In this document: in pieces, positions 50,701 to 60,295 of the stretch
Position numbering within the stretch: position 1 is the first letter of the stretch
Layout of the letters: each line of letters opens with the position of its first letter
Source: Hypanus sabinus
Taxonomy: Eukaryota
Reading direction: 5' to 3'
NCBI RefSeq assembly: GCF_030144855.1
Contig: NW_026781355.1
Span: forward strand, 310,001-372,084
DNA length: 62,084 nt
The notes under the pieces: model-generated
Seen by the model: the letters and a program-made list of their open reading frames with translations, nothing else
Database searches by the model: none
Told to the model about the DNA's origin: nothing
Made by a program: the position numbers and the translations under genes

Positions 50701-53700
50701 GTAATCTTGGATAACCACAACTGGGATCATGCTGTGATTTCATGATATCGGTTCTTTTCTCAACAGGAATGTTCCACCTTCGACCCGATTGGAGCAGGAA
50801 CAGAAGCCGCCTCAGTCAGGTACTGAGCTGACAGCGCGAGGGGGTGAACCAGTCACGGCTCCCAGGGAACGATCAATAACAAATCTAGAACAGGCAGGGA
50901 GCTCCACCAGCCGAGGAAAGAGCAGAGCAGCTTCGGGTTCACTGGAACGTTTAAGCCATGTCCTCTTGTACTGAGCAGTGGTGCCCTGGGGAAGAGGTTA
51001 TAGAAATTATAGACCAGTGAGTCTTACCTCAGTGGTTGGTAAGTTTTATGGAGGATTTTAAGCAGGATTTATGAACTTTCGGAAAGGTATAATATGATTA
51101 GGAGTAGTCAGCATGGTTTTGTCAAGGGCCGGTCGTGCCTTATGAGCCTGATTGAATTTTTTGAGGATGTGACTAAACACATTGATGAAGAAGAGCAGTA
51201 GATGTAGTGTATATGGATTTGGGCAAAGCATTTGATAAGGTACCTCATGCAAGGCTTATTGAGATAGTAAGGAGGCATGGGATCCAAGGGGACATTGCTT
51301 TGTAAATGGAGAATTGGCTTCCCCACAGAAGGCAAGTGGTTCTAGATGGGTCATAATCTGCATGGAGGTCAGTGATGAGTGTTGTGCCTCGGGGATCTGC
51401 TCTGCAACCCCTACTCTTTGTGGTTTTTATAAATTACCTGGATGAGGAATTGTAGGGATGGGTTAGTAAATCTGCTGATGACACAAAGGTTGGGGGTGTT
51501 GTGGATAGTGTGGAGGGCAGTCAGAGGTTACAGTTGGACATTGAAAGGATGCAAAAATGGGCTAAGAAGTGGCAGATGGAGTTCAACCCAGTTAAGTGTG
51601 AGGTGGTTCATTTTGGTAGGTCAAATATGATGGTAGAATATAATATTAATTGTAAGACACTTGGCAGTGTGGAGGATCAGAAGGATCTTGGGGTCCGAAT
51701 CCATAGGACATGCAAAGTTGCCACACAGGTTAAGAAGACATACAGTGCATTGGCCTTCATCAATCATGGGATTGAGTTTAGGAGCCGAGAGGTAATGTTG
51801 CAGCTATATAGGATCTTATCAGTCTCCACTTGGAGTACTATACTCAGTTCTGGTCACCTCACTACAGGAAGGACGTGGAAACCATAGAAAGGGTGCAGAT
51901 GAGATTTACAAGGATGCTGCCTGGATTGGGGAGCGAGCCTTATGGGAATAGGTTGAGTGAACTCGGCCTTTTCTCCTTGGAGCGTTGGAGGATGAGAGGT
52001 GACCTGATAGAGGTGTACAAGATGATGAGAGGCATTGATCGTGTGGATAGTCAGAGGCTTTTTCCAGGGCTGAAATGGTTGCCACAAGTGGACACAGGTT
52101 TAAGGTGCTTGGAAGTAGGTACAGAGGAGATGACAGGGGTAAGTTCTTTACACAGAGAGTAGTGAGTGCATGGAATGGGCTGCTGGCGATGGTCACAGAG
52201 GCTGATATGATGGGGTCTTTTAGAGACTCCTGGATAGGCACATGGAGCTTAGAAAAATAGAGGGCCATGGGTAGCCCGAGGTAATTTCTAAAGTAAGGGC
52301 GTGTTTGGCACAGATTTGTGGGCCGAAGGGCCTGTATCGTGCTGTAGGCTTTCTGTGTTTCTGACATAACCACTTAACACCATAAGACATAGAAGCACAA
52401 GTAGGCCATTCAGCCCATCAAGTCTGCTCTACTATTCAATCACGGGTTGATTCAATTCTTCTGGTCATCCCCACTCCCCTGCCTTCTCTCCATACCCTGG
52501 CTAATAAGAACATATTTTTCTCTGACTTAAAGACACCCGATAACTGGGCTTCCACAGCTGCTCGTGGCAACAAATTCCACAGATTTACCACCCTCTGACT
52601 AAAGTAATTTCTCCTCATCTGTTTTCTAAATGGACATCCTTCATTCCTGAAGTTGTGCCCTCTTGGCGTGGACTCCCCTACCATGGGAAATAACTTTGCC
52701 ATATCTAATCTGTTCAGGCCTTTTGACATTCAGAATGTTTCTATGAGATCCCCTTCATTTTCCTGAACTTGAGGGAACACAGCCCAAGAGCTGCCAGACA
52801 TTCCTCATCTGGTAACCCTCTCATTCCCTTGCATTCCCATTCTGATGCTCTCAGGAGAGTGAGAGTAATGGATATAAGAATGTCTCTCTCTCTGAAGGGT
52901 GACTGCGATCTGCTGTCCCTCCTGATCAGAATGAACACTAGACTCAGCAGACAATTGACAGTTGAGCGTCAATAACTTTTCGAGGCTGCCTGTCAGTGGG
53001 AAGGAACCATCATTTGAAAGCCATGCCAGACCGTGGCCATTGCCACCAGGAGTCTGACCATCTGCCTTGTTGTCACGGTGAGCACCAGTACAATTCAACC
53101 CAGGAGTGGAGGAATGGCAGACTCCGTCATTGTGAGTGATGACGACAACTGAACACAGGAGCAGAGGAACTTTGGACTCCGTCACGGTGAGCACTGACGA
53201 CAACTGAACCCAGGAGTGAGCGAATGGCAGACTCTGTCACAGTGAGTGCTGACAATGACTCAACCCAGGAGCGGAGGAACAGCAGACTCTGTCATGGTGA
53301 ACGCCGGCGTGACTGAACCCAGGTGCTCCCATGAAGAGACGGAAACAAGGGATTAGACATAGGAATACCAACAGAGTATCAGAGAGACGATCGAGTTACA
53401 CTGTGAGACTAATCATTCTCCACAAACACAAGCACTCCACTCAGCACTAAATGAGAGTCCCCTTTCAGTAATCATGGAAAGCAGAAAACCCGTGCCAGTC
53501 ACAATTAATTTGACCAGATTAAACAGAAAACACAAGGCTAAGGTAACGTGCCTGAATGACTGGCATCCTGTTGCACTCACCTCAGTAATAAGCAAATGCT
53601 TTGAGAGGCTGTTCAAGGACAACATCTGCAGCTTGCTACCACCCACACTGGACCCCCTACAATTCATCCACTGACACAACCAATCAACTGATGATTCAAC

Positions 53701-56700
53701 AGCCACAGCTCTACACACTGTCCTTACACATCTGGAGAAGAAGGATGCTTATGTGAGAATGCTGTTCTTGGATTACAGTTCAGCATTCAACAACAGAATC
53801 CCACCCACCACCCCACCCACCCCTCCACCAGGCTCGACAAGGAGCCTAGAGACCTCGGCCTTCACCCTGCCTTGTGCAGCTGGATCCTGGACTGACTGTC
53901 AGATTGCCAGCAGGTGATAAGAGTGGGCTCCCTCACCGGCACCCCTCTGACCCTCAACACAGGTGCCCCTCAGGGCTGTGTACTAAGGCCTCTCCTTTAC
54001 TCTCTGTGAACCCATGACTGTGTCAATACCCAGAGCTCCAATCTGCTGATTAAATACACTGACGACACTACCATGATGGCCTCATCTCAAGCAGCTTTAA
54101 GTTCCTCAGCATAAACATCACCAAGCATCTCACGTGGTCTGTACATACTGGCTGTGTGGTGAAAAAGGCACAACAGCACCTCTTTCACCTGAGACAGTTG
54201 AAGAAGTTTGGTATGGGCCCCCAAATCCTAAGAACTTTCCACAGGGGCACAATTGAGAGCGTCCTGACTGACTGCATCACTGACTGGTATGGGAACTGTA
54301 CCTCCTTTAATCGCAGGACTCTGCACAAGTTCACCATGGTGTGGGCACAGTCCATCCTCCAGGAGATTGGGAGCGATCACTGCCTGCTGAGGAGGTTCTA
54401 CATTAGTGGGTGGTGGAAGGGCTGGGATGGGGGAACGTTTGGCCACAATATGGAAAGAGGGTAGAGAGTTTTTGATAAACACAAGAGATTCTGCAGATGC
54501 TGGAAATCCAGAGGAACACACACAAAATGCTAGAGGACACAGATGCCCCTCAAGCCTGTGTACCAAGTCCCCTTCTTTACTCTCTGTATACCCATGACTG
54601 TCACCACCCACAGCTCCAATCTCTAATTAATTTTGCTGACAACATTATACTGATTATCTCAAATAATAATGAGGCAGCCTGTAGATGTGAACTTCCATCT
54701 ATTCAGGACATTTACAAAGACAGGTGTGTAAAAACAGCCCAAAGGATCATTGGAGAATTGAGTCACTCCAACCACAAACTGTTCCGGCTGCTACCATCCG
54801 GGAAATGGTACCGCAGCATAAAAGCCAGGACCAACAGGCTCCGGAACAGCTTCTTCCACCAGATCATCAGACTGATGAATTCATGCTGACACAACTGTAC
54901 TTCTATGTTATATTGACTATCCTGTTGTACATAATATTACTATAAATTGAACATTGCTCGTTTGAATGGAGACGTAACGTAAAGATTTTTACTCCTCATG
55001 TATATGAAGGATGTAAGTAATAATGTCAATTCAGTTCAGTTCAATTCAGGAACTCAGCACCTATCTACTCTCCTGTCTGTTACACCACTGAGGTTTCGGG
55101 CAGCAATGGCGGTCCTCCATCTCTGGCCTACTTCATCATATCGGTAGCTTTCACAACTGTCACTCACGCAAGTCCCAGGTGGAGACTCAGGAATACCATT
55201 GCACTCAGATGTAGAAGGATCCTTCACTACTGTTTCCATAACAGAGTTGATTGACCAGTCAGGGTTGTTAGCCCTGAGCTGAACCCCAAAACTGGAGAAC
55301 CAGTGGACCTCTCTCAGACTGGCCTCTGCCCTTTGACCTGTTTGGCATGGCTGACCCTACCAAGAGCCAAAGCATAAAACCTGAACTCCAGCCAACATAG
55401 CTTTCCGAGTCATTGAGGTACACGGGCCTCCAAACCCTATGACAAGGTTGTGATCCTCTTAGAAGAGGCAGCATCTCTGGAGAGGAATAAACGTTTGATG
55501 TTTCAGGATGAGACCTTCATTCCCCTCCATAGATGCTGCCTGACCTGCTGAGTTCCTTTAGCATTTGAGTGTGTTACTCTGGAGAGGTTTTAGACTCAGA
55601 TATGTAAGGCCTACAGAAACAAACAGCCCGAACATTTCAGCTAATTCACAGAGGAAAAAGCAAGTCCCATGGAACGAGGACCCAGAATAAACTCCAAGGG
55701 CCAAACTTCCTTCTGTCCTGTGACCATCCTGTGTTTTGTGACAGCACAAGACAACGGCAGTGTGTACGACAGCGTTCTCTTCAATCGCAGTGAGAGAGGT
55801 CAACTTCACTGCCTCATTTGCTGAGGAATTTTGTCTAATTTGTATTCAGAACTTAAGCAGATGATCAACAGAACCTTTCGATTTTCTTAAAGGTGCTGAA
55901 ACAGTGGACAGTCGGTGATTCAGAATATCGTATTTACACTCAGTGGCCACTTTATTAGGTAGACCTGTACACCTGACTCAGTACTTTGATTTATGAAGGC
56001 TATTGTACAAAACTCTTTTGAAAACACTATGTACCTGTGGACACCACTCTCCAAGGTCTTGTACAGTCTGTAGCTAGTTTAAGGCTCTATATAAATGTGA
56101 GCTGCTAGGTGTTGTAACATTTCTTGCTTTCAGACATTAGTCGATTCGGACTAATCACTCTCCTCCTTACAGAGCAGTCAGATTCCTTCACCTATGCCAA
56201 CATTTCAACAGGACTTGGGAAGGCAAGAAAACCTCAAGCTGAAGATCAAGGTACAGTCTCCATTTACCGTTCACCATTTCTCAGACTGCCTGCTGACCAT
56301 CGAATATTGAAAGCCTAGATAGAGTGGAATTGGAGAGCATGTTTCCAAAAGTGGGGGAGTCTAGGAGCAGAGGATACAGCCTCAGAATGGAGGGATGTCA
56401 TTATAGAACAAAGATGAGGAGGAATTTCTTTAGCCAGAGGGTGGTGAGGAATTCATTGCCACAGATGGATGTGGAAGCCAAGTTACTGGGTTTATTTAAA
56501 GCAGATGTTGACAGGGTCTTAATTAGTCAGAGTGTCAAAGATTATGGGGAGAAAGCAAGAGAATGGGGTTGAGAGGGAAAATAAATCAACCTTGATGGAA
56601 TGGTGAAGCAGACTCGATGGGCTGAATGGCCTGCTCCTCTGTTCTATGGTCTTATGCTTTCTTTAAACATTTTATCTTTACACTTCACCTATGGCCTCTA

Positions 56701-58734
56701 GTTCTAGTCTCATAGAAACATAGAAATCTACAGCACATTACAGGCCCTTCAGCCCACAATGTTGTGCCGACCATGTAACCTACTCTAGAAACTGCCTAGA
56801 ATTTCCCTACTGCATAGCCCTCTGTTTATCTAAGCTCCATTTACCTATCTAAGAGTCTCTTAAAAGACCCTATTGTAGCCACCTCTACCACCTTCGCTGG
56901 CAGTGCATTCCACACACCCACCGCTTTCTGTCTGTGAAAACTTACCCCTGACATTTCCTCTGTACCTACTTCCAAACACCTTAGGACTGTGCCCCCTCAG
57001 TGGGTTTTCTCACCCAACCTCAGTGGAAAAAGCCTGCTTGCATTTATCTTATCACTACCCCTCATAATTTCCCATCCCTCTATCAAATCTCCCTTCATCC
57101 CCCTACACTCCAGGGAATAAAACCCAACCTCTTTAATCTTTCCCTATAACTCAGGTCACCAAGTTCTGGCAGCATCCTTGTAAACTTTCTCTGCACTCTG
57201 CACTTTCAATCTTATTCATATCTTTTCTGTAGTTAGGTGACCAAATCTGCACACAATACTCCAAACTGGGCCTCACCAATGCCTTATACAGCTTCAACAT
57301 AACATTGCAACTCCTGACTTTGATTTGCTGTCGGTTCAGACGAATCCCTCTCCTTACAGAGCAGCCAGATTCCTGCACTTACGCCACTATTTTGATGAGA
57401 GGTGAGAAGGCAAGCAAACCACAAGCTGAAGATCAAGGTACAGTCTCCGCTTACCTTTCACCATTTCTTGGATCACTTCGAGGTCATCCTGCTGACTAAC
57501 AGAAAGTTCTTCTTCAATTCCAGGTGGGCAGAAGCAGGAAGCTGGACCTCCAGGTGAGGCTTTCTCTCAAGGTATTCTTGAAAATGATCTCCTTCAACTG
57601 CTCCATTCACCTGTCCCTCCCACTCACAGGGTGTGTGTCTGGCTGCCGCTGGGTCCTGCAGTCCACCTCAGTGAGACTGGAGGGAAGGATTGGAGAAGCA
57701 GTGAAGAGTGGGAGAGGAGAGGGGAGGGAGAATAAAAGAGAGGGGGGGGGGAAAGGGGAGAGAGGGTGAGGGAGGGGAAAGGGAATAAAAGAGAGCGAGG
57801 AGGAGGGACGAAGGAGAAAGAGAAGGGGGTGAAGGAAAGGCATAAGTGAAGTGGGAGAGAGACAGGGACTGAGTGGGGAAGAGAGAGAGGGAGGGGTAGA
57901 GAGAGGAAGGGGGTGAGAGCTGGGTGAAGGGAGAGAGGGGGAGAGAATGGTAGGAAGGGAGAGAGTGGTGGAAGGGGGAAATGGATGGAGCAATGGAAGG
58001 AGAGAGGGAGGGGAAGGGGGAAAATTGAGGGAGGAGGAATGAGGAGCAGGTGGGGAGAGGGAGAAAAAGGAAGGGGAGGGGGAAGAAGAGGAGGGAAGCA
58101 AACTTCGTTTGCTCTTGTTGCACAGGTGAGGACACTAGCTGGGAAACAGTGGCGTACGAGACAGGAATCGGGAATGGTGAGCTGACTGCACAGGCCCTTT
58201 GAGCTTCCTGTTCCTCAGAGAGGCCTGGCCAGTCTCCGACTCAGATTCACGTATTTATCACACATACATCGAAACATACAGTGAAATGTCATTTGCGTAA
58301 AGAACCAACACAACACAAGGATGTGCCGGGTGCAGCCCGCAAGTGTCACCACACGTTCTGGCACCAACATCTCACATCCACAATATTCAGCAGAACAACA
58401 CAAGCAACAAGAGAACAACAACCATGAAAGAAACAAGCACTGCATACAAGCCCTTTCCTCCCTCTCACCCCATCCCCACACTGTCAGGCTTCCAACCCTG
58501 GGATAGACCACCTCCGGGCCTTCAGCTGCCAGTGGGCTCACAGACATCAGGTCTTGGATTTCTAGACATGCCAACCCTGGGCCTTAACTTCTGGGCAGGC
58601 CAACTTCAGTCTTCAATCCTCAGTCTTCAAACTTCAGTCTTCAATCCTCAGCCTTCAATCTTCCCTCACTGTCTGAACTAATATCTGACTTTTGTGTTTC
58701 AGATGTGATCTATGCAGAGGTGGTGAAGAAATAG
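11703..58734 (+). CDS. Multi-exon Ig-superfamily inhibitory receptor, Siglec-15-like (leader-V-V-V-TM-ITIM tail), predicted 533 aa
   Basis: Manual join 11703-11763, 23831-24214, 33260-33649, 37659-38048, 48006-48101, 49155-49194, 50767-50819, 56173-56250, 57360-57437, 58703-58734 = 1602 nt. All introns are GT-AG, the frame is continuous, and it ends TAG TAA. Domain order is typical of a type I immune receptor. Confidence 0.85.
12380..13310 (-). mobile_element. Rex1/L2-type LINE RT fragment
   Basis: ORFs with [40 protein letters not shown]. Confidence 0.85.
15400..19470 (+). mobile_element. Near full-length decayed CR1 LINE interrupted by a solo LTR
   Basis: Esterase VVHIGTND (15474), APE (about 15930-16560), RT (17447-19320), 3' UTR. 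Confidence 0.9.
16630..17446 (+). mobile_element. Solo LTR (about 817 bp) inserted in CR1
   Basis: TGT...ACA termini, AATAAA 17359-17364, CR1 rejoins on removal. TSD is imperfect (GGCAG vs AACAG). Confidence 0.7.
20100..20680 (+). mobile_element. CR1 3' fragment
   Basis: ORF 20119-20328: [14 protein letters not shown]...[11 protein letters not shown]. Confidence 0.8.
21250..21900 (+). mobile_element. Rex1/L2 3' fragment with a short internal duplication
   Basis: [11 protein letters not shown]-type remnant. ggagcctgaagacacacactcaccgattcaggaacagcttcttcccctc occurs twice (about 21535 and 21634). (attctg)n tail. Confidence 0.7.
22440..23045 (-). mobile_element. Penelope-like element reverse transcriptase fragment
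   Basis: [38 protein letters not shown] and FLRYIDD are PLE RT motifs. Confidence 0.9.
23635..23822 (+). repeat. (CT)/(CTCA)-rich simple repeat abutting the V1 acceptor
   Basis: About 190 bp pyrimidine-rich tract directly visible. Confidence 0.9.
23831..24214 (+). CDS. Exon: V-set Ig domain 1, Siglec-15-like
   Basis: Acceptor ctgtccccag, donor AGAG|GTGAGG, 384 nt phase 1-1. Peptide [26 protein letters not shown]...IWYRGEP...VFNC...GC...[33 protein letters not shown] closely parallels the Siglec-15 V-set, including 4 Cys and the F-strand Arg (24154-24156). Confidence 0.95.
24943..28285 (-). mobile_element. 5'-truncated L1-clade LINE, 14-bp TSD AGAGAGATTACCTC
   Basis: TSD at 24929-24942 and 28286-28299. 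RT ORF of 523 aa ([33 protein letters not shown]) plus a 292-aa ORF with C-terminal CxxC..H..C. A-rich tail on the minus strand; AT-rich. Confidence 0.93.
28300..28800 (-). mobile_element. CR1 RT 3' fragments (target of the L1)
   Basis: [12 protein letters not shown]..., [17 protein letters not shown]. Confidence 0.75.
29000..29692 (+). mobile_element. Young 5'-truncated CR1 3' end with (ctattgt)n tail
   Basis: [36 protein letters not shown]..., 3' UTR and tail. Confidence 0.85.
29696..31960 (+). mobile_element. CR1 LINE internal portion (ORF1 esterase end, APE, RT N-half)
   Basis: ORFs 29607-29930, 29957-30632 and 31078-31969 with [30 protein letters not shown]. Confidence 0.88.
32036..32452. 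repeat. 81-bp minisatellite, about 5.1 copies
   Basis: gggttcactgtagaattccttctc... starts at 32036, 32117, 32198, 32279, 32360 and 32441. Confidence 0.95.
32650..32970. repeat. Degenerate minisatellite (about 21-bp tgtactgattagtgttgttacac); also at 37232-37360
   Basis: Directly visible imperfect tandem units. Confidence 0.8.
33260..33649 (+). CDS. Exon: V-set Ig domain 2
   Basis: Acceptor ccttccctcag, donor CAG|GTAAAA, 390 nt phase 1-1. Has LPC (B), VTW (C) and DSHSYLC (F) V-set motifs and an NES sequon. Confidence 0.92.
35846..35882 (+). ncRNA. Minimal hammerhead-ribozyme-like motif (Penelope-derived repeat); duplicate at 40065-40101
   Basis: gagtc CTGATGA agg-ggtcag-cct GAAA C GTC agctg. 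Core and 3-bp stem II are intact; the stem I 3' arm is mismatched. Confidence 0.45.
36140..36600 (-). mobile_element. CR1 3' end (duplicated at about 40360-40820)
   Basis: [17 protein letters not shown]..., 3' UTR with (ataagaa)n tail. Confidence 0.8.
36880..37135 (-). mobile_element. tRNA-derived V-SINE/HE1-like SINE (duplicated at about 41100-41355; other copies near 12020, 13390, 15040, 50340, 60200)
   Basis: Reverse strand contains gggtttcctccgggtgctccggtttcctcccaca (V-SINE central domain) and a tRNA-like head. Confidence 0.7.
37659..38048 (+). CDS. Exon: V-set Ig domain 3 (duplicate of domain 2)
   Basis: Same splice sites (donor GTAAGA). Differs from the V2 exon by 4 substitutions in 390 nt: P>L, Y>D and two synonymous. 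Confidence 0.88.
38460..38660 (+). CDS. Candidate Ser/Thr/Pro-rich stalk exon (uncertain)
   Basis: 201 nt phase 1-1, acceptor cttgtctctcactaag (less common AAG), donor ATG|GTATAT, 25/67 codons S/T/P. The paralogous copy at 34060 has an extra G that causes a stop. Confidence 0.25.
43142..45828 (+). mobile_element. Full-length hAT (Buster/Charlie-type) DNA transposon, 2687 bp
   Basis: Perfect 15-bp TIRs CAGGGGTCGGCAACC; perfect 8-bp TSD GTCTAGAG at 43134-43141 and 45829-45836. Confidence 0.97.
43426..45359 (+). pseudogene. hAT transposase pseudogene (GTF2IRD2/ZBED-like)
   Basis: N-terminal CLIC...H...H zinc finger, [23 protein letters not shown]. Frameshift near 43720, stops at 43944 and 45273, first catalytic Asp reads Asn (CNES), probable compensated frameshift pair near 44860-44910. 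Confidence 0.92.
48006..48101 (+). CDS. Transmembrane exon [32 protein letters not shown]
   Basis: Acceptor ctctctgtctcacag, donor AAG|GTGAGT, 96 nt phase 1-1. About 21 hydrophobic residues followed by a KKK stop-transfer; no charged residue in the helix. Confidence 0.92.
48160..49060 (+). repeat. G-rich minisatellite (about 43-bp unit, about 20 copies) filling the intron after the TM exon
   Basis: Repeats of gggggagagtcagtgggctgtgggaggggattcagtgggtgat. Confidence 0.95.
49155..49194 (+). CDS. Cytoplasmic exon 1 (40 nt, phase 1-2)
   Basis: Strong acceptor tttttatttcttcag and donor AAG|GTAAGG. Combined with the 53-nt exon it restores phase 1. The resulting peptide [13 protein letters not shown] is atypically hydrophobic, so some doubt remains. 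Confidence 0.62.
49270..50250 (+). mobile_element. CR1 RT 3' half
   Basis: [23 protein letters not shown]. Confidence 0.82.
50767..50819 (+). CDS. Cytoplasmic exon 2 (53 nt, phase 2-1) [18 protein letters not shown]
   Basis: Acceptor ttcttttctcaacag, donor CAG|GTACTG, located in an island of unique sequence. 40+53 = 93 nt keeps the frame. Confidence 0.65.
51000..52345 (+). mobile_element. CR1 RT and 3' end
   Basis: ORFs 51501-52260 with RT C-terminal motifs. Confidence 0.85.
52370..52800 (-). mobile_element. CR1 3' end
   Basis: [13 protein letters not shown] motif and tail. Confidence 0.78.
53040..53325. repeat. Degenerate tandem repeat, about 54-bp unit, about 5 copies
   Basis: ctgaacccaggagtggaggaatggcagactccgtc.. 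recurs near 53097, 53150, 53205, 53259 and 53313. Confidence 0.75.
53480..54990 (+). mobile_element. Rex1/L2-type LINE RT fragments (two pieces) with 3' end
   Basis: [52 protein letters not shown]. Confidence 0.85.
56173..56250 (+). CDS. Cytoplasmic tyrosine-motif exon [27 protein letters not shown]
   Basis: Acceptor ctcctccttacag, donor AAG|GTACAG, 78 nt phase 1-1, ITIM-like xTYxxI motif. Confidence 0.85.
56310..57310. mobile_element. CR1 3' fragments (+ then -) separating the two tyrosine-motif exons
   Basis: ORFs 56324-56572 (+) and 57151-57378 (-) with CR1 RT C-terminal motifs. Confidence 0.8.
57360..57437 (+). CDS. Cytoplasmic tyrosine-motif exon [27 protein letters not shown]
   Basis: Paralog of exon A with the same length, phase and splice contexts. 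Confidence 0.85.
57680..58100 (+). repeat. Polypurine (GGA/GAG-rich) low-complexity tract
   Basis: About 400 bp almost exclusively A/G. Confidence 0.9.
58703..58734 (+). CDS. Terminal coding exon [10 protein letters not shown] (canonical ITIM VIYAEV)
   Basis: Acceptor ttttgtgtttcag in phase 1. V-x-Y-x-x-V ITIM followed by tandem stops TAG TAA. Confidence 0.88.
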
Positions 58735-59639
58735 TAATCGGCAAAGACGACTGAACCCGGGGGAGGAGGCTGCACCATTTCCATCCTCAGTCCAGGAGAG
58801 ACAGCACTCACTACTGACTCCTCCTGGCATGTCTATGCTTCTGAAATACAGTGTATTCTAGTTAATTGGGGCAGCCACCTATTGGGATGACTCTTAAAAA
58901 ACAAAAACTGTTTGAGAAAATAGACACGATTCCCTTCAGTTCATTGAGACACTCTGCTGCTTAATTGTGATAGGAGCTTGGAAATGGACAATTTTAATCT
59001 TGGCACTGAGTAATGGAACTGATCATGAGTTTGTCTTCCACCATCAGGCCTTGAAACTGCCATCTCCAGTGATGGCATTCTCCACTCTCATCTTCGCTAG
59101 ACCTCCCAGGAGATCACAAAAGTGCCAGATCATTTAGTTGCCTCAAAGGTACATCCTCAAAGGAAAACTGAAGTTTGCAGTGAATTGCTGTTCAGAAGTT
59201 TGTCTAGAAGAGTATCCACGTGTTTAAAGGTTAATTTCATATCAGAATGTATACTGTATACAACCTGAAAATCTTACTCTTCACAGACATCCACAAAAGA
59301 AGAAACCCCTTAGAATGAATGAGAGAAACATCGAAGCCCTGAATCCGCGCCACCAATCTATCTACACAAGCAGCAGCAAAACCGTTAACCACACCCCAAC
59401 CGCCTACCCCCCACCATGCAAGCAACAGCAGAAACCCCTCAAAGAGACCTTGATCCAGAGTCCATCAAATCTGCAGTCCATAATCCAGCACATTGGTGTC
59501 TCAGACAGGCTCAGAGAGGGAGAGAGATCACACCTGCAACAACGGGAGTGGAGACCAAAACTCACCGTTCTGATTCTACAACATTCCACATCGCTTCTCC
59601 AAGCACCACCCACCCATCTCGAGGAACTGACAGGTTTTC

Positions 59640-59677
<38 letters not shown>

Positions 59678-60295
59678 GTCTACGTGTCACACTGGTCACT
59701 AATCCCATCTTGCCATTGAAGAAGATAGTTTTAATTACAGTCAATCAGAATGACACAGCAGCTTACATTGGATGAATTCCTCCGTCAATAACTATCAGAC
59801 TAATATAGTCTGATGGTATTGTAGTACTATTGATGGTATTCTAATTTGTTCTGTATTTCATTTAAATGCATAATTTCTTTCTCAGTTTGTCTTTTTTATG
59901 TCTCTTTAACTATTTCCATGAATCTTTGGCTGATTAGGACGGCTGCTTCTTTGTGCTGAGATGCGCTGGTCCTGATGAGCCCATTAACTGGAATCACTGT
60001 GTGTTATTGGAGCTTGATGACACCGACACCCGTATTGCTGAGGAGCAAGGCTGAATGTTGCACTGAGCTGTGAGGGCACTGATGTCAAGTCTCCGGGTGA
60101 CTGGGGAAACATTAAGCATAAAATAGACTTGGTATGAGGCATCTCCCCGTGGCCTTTACAGCCAAAGAGTTGTCAATTCCACCTTAAAGACAAGACAAAA
60201 ACACGGTAAAGTAGCAGTTGGTGTGAATCTATTACAGTGCCAGTGACCTGGGTTCAATTGCTTGTACATTCTCCTCCCACAGTCCAAAGACAAAC

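Noticed and set aside
53040-53325. 54-bp repeats as cytoplasmic micro-exons
   Set aside because: Candidate exons are 28 nt (frame-shifting), and all three plus-strand frames contain stops.
57607-58185. Pro/Ser/Leu-rich ORFs
   Set aside because: Low-complexity translation of a polypurine tract.
11703-58734. Assigning the symbol SIGLEC15
   Set aside because: V1 is similar, but there is no C2 domain, no TM Lys and an ITIM tail. Orthology and synteny are untested.
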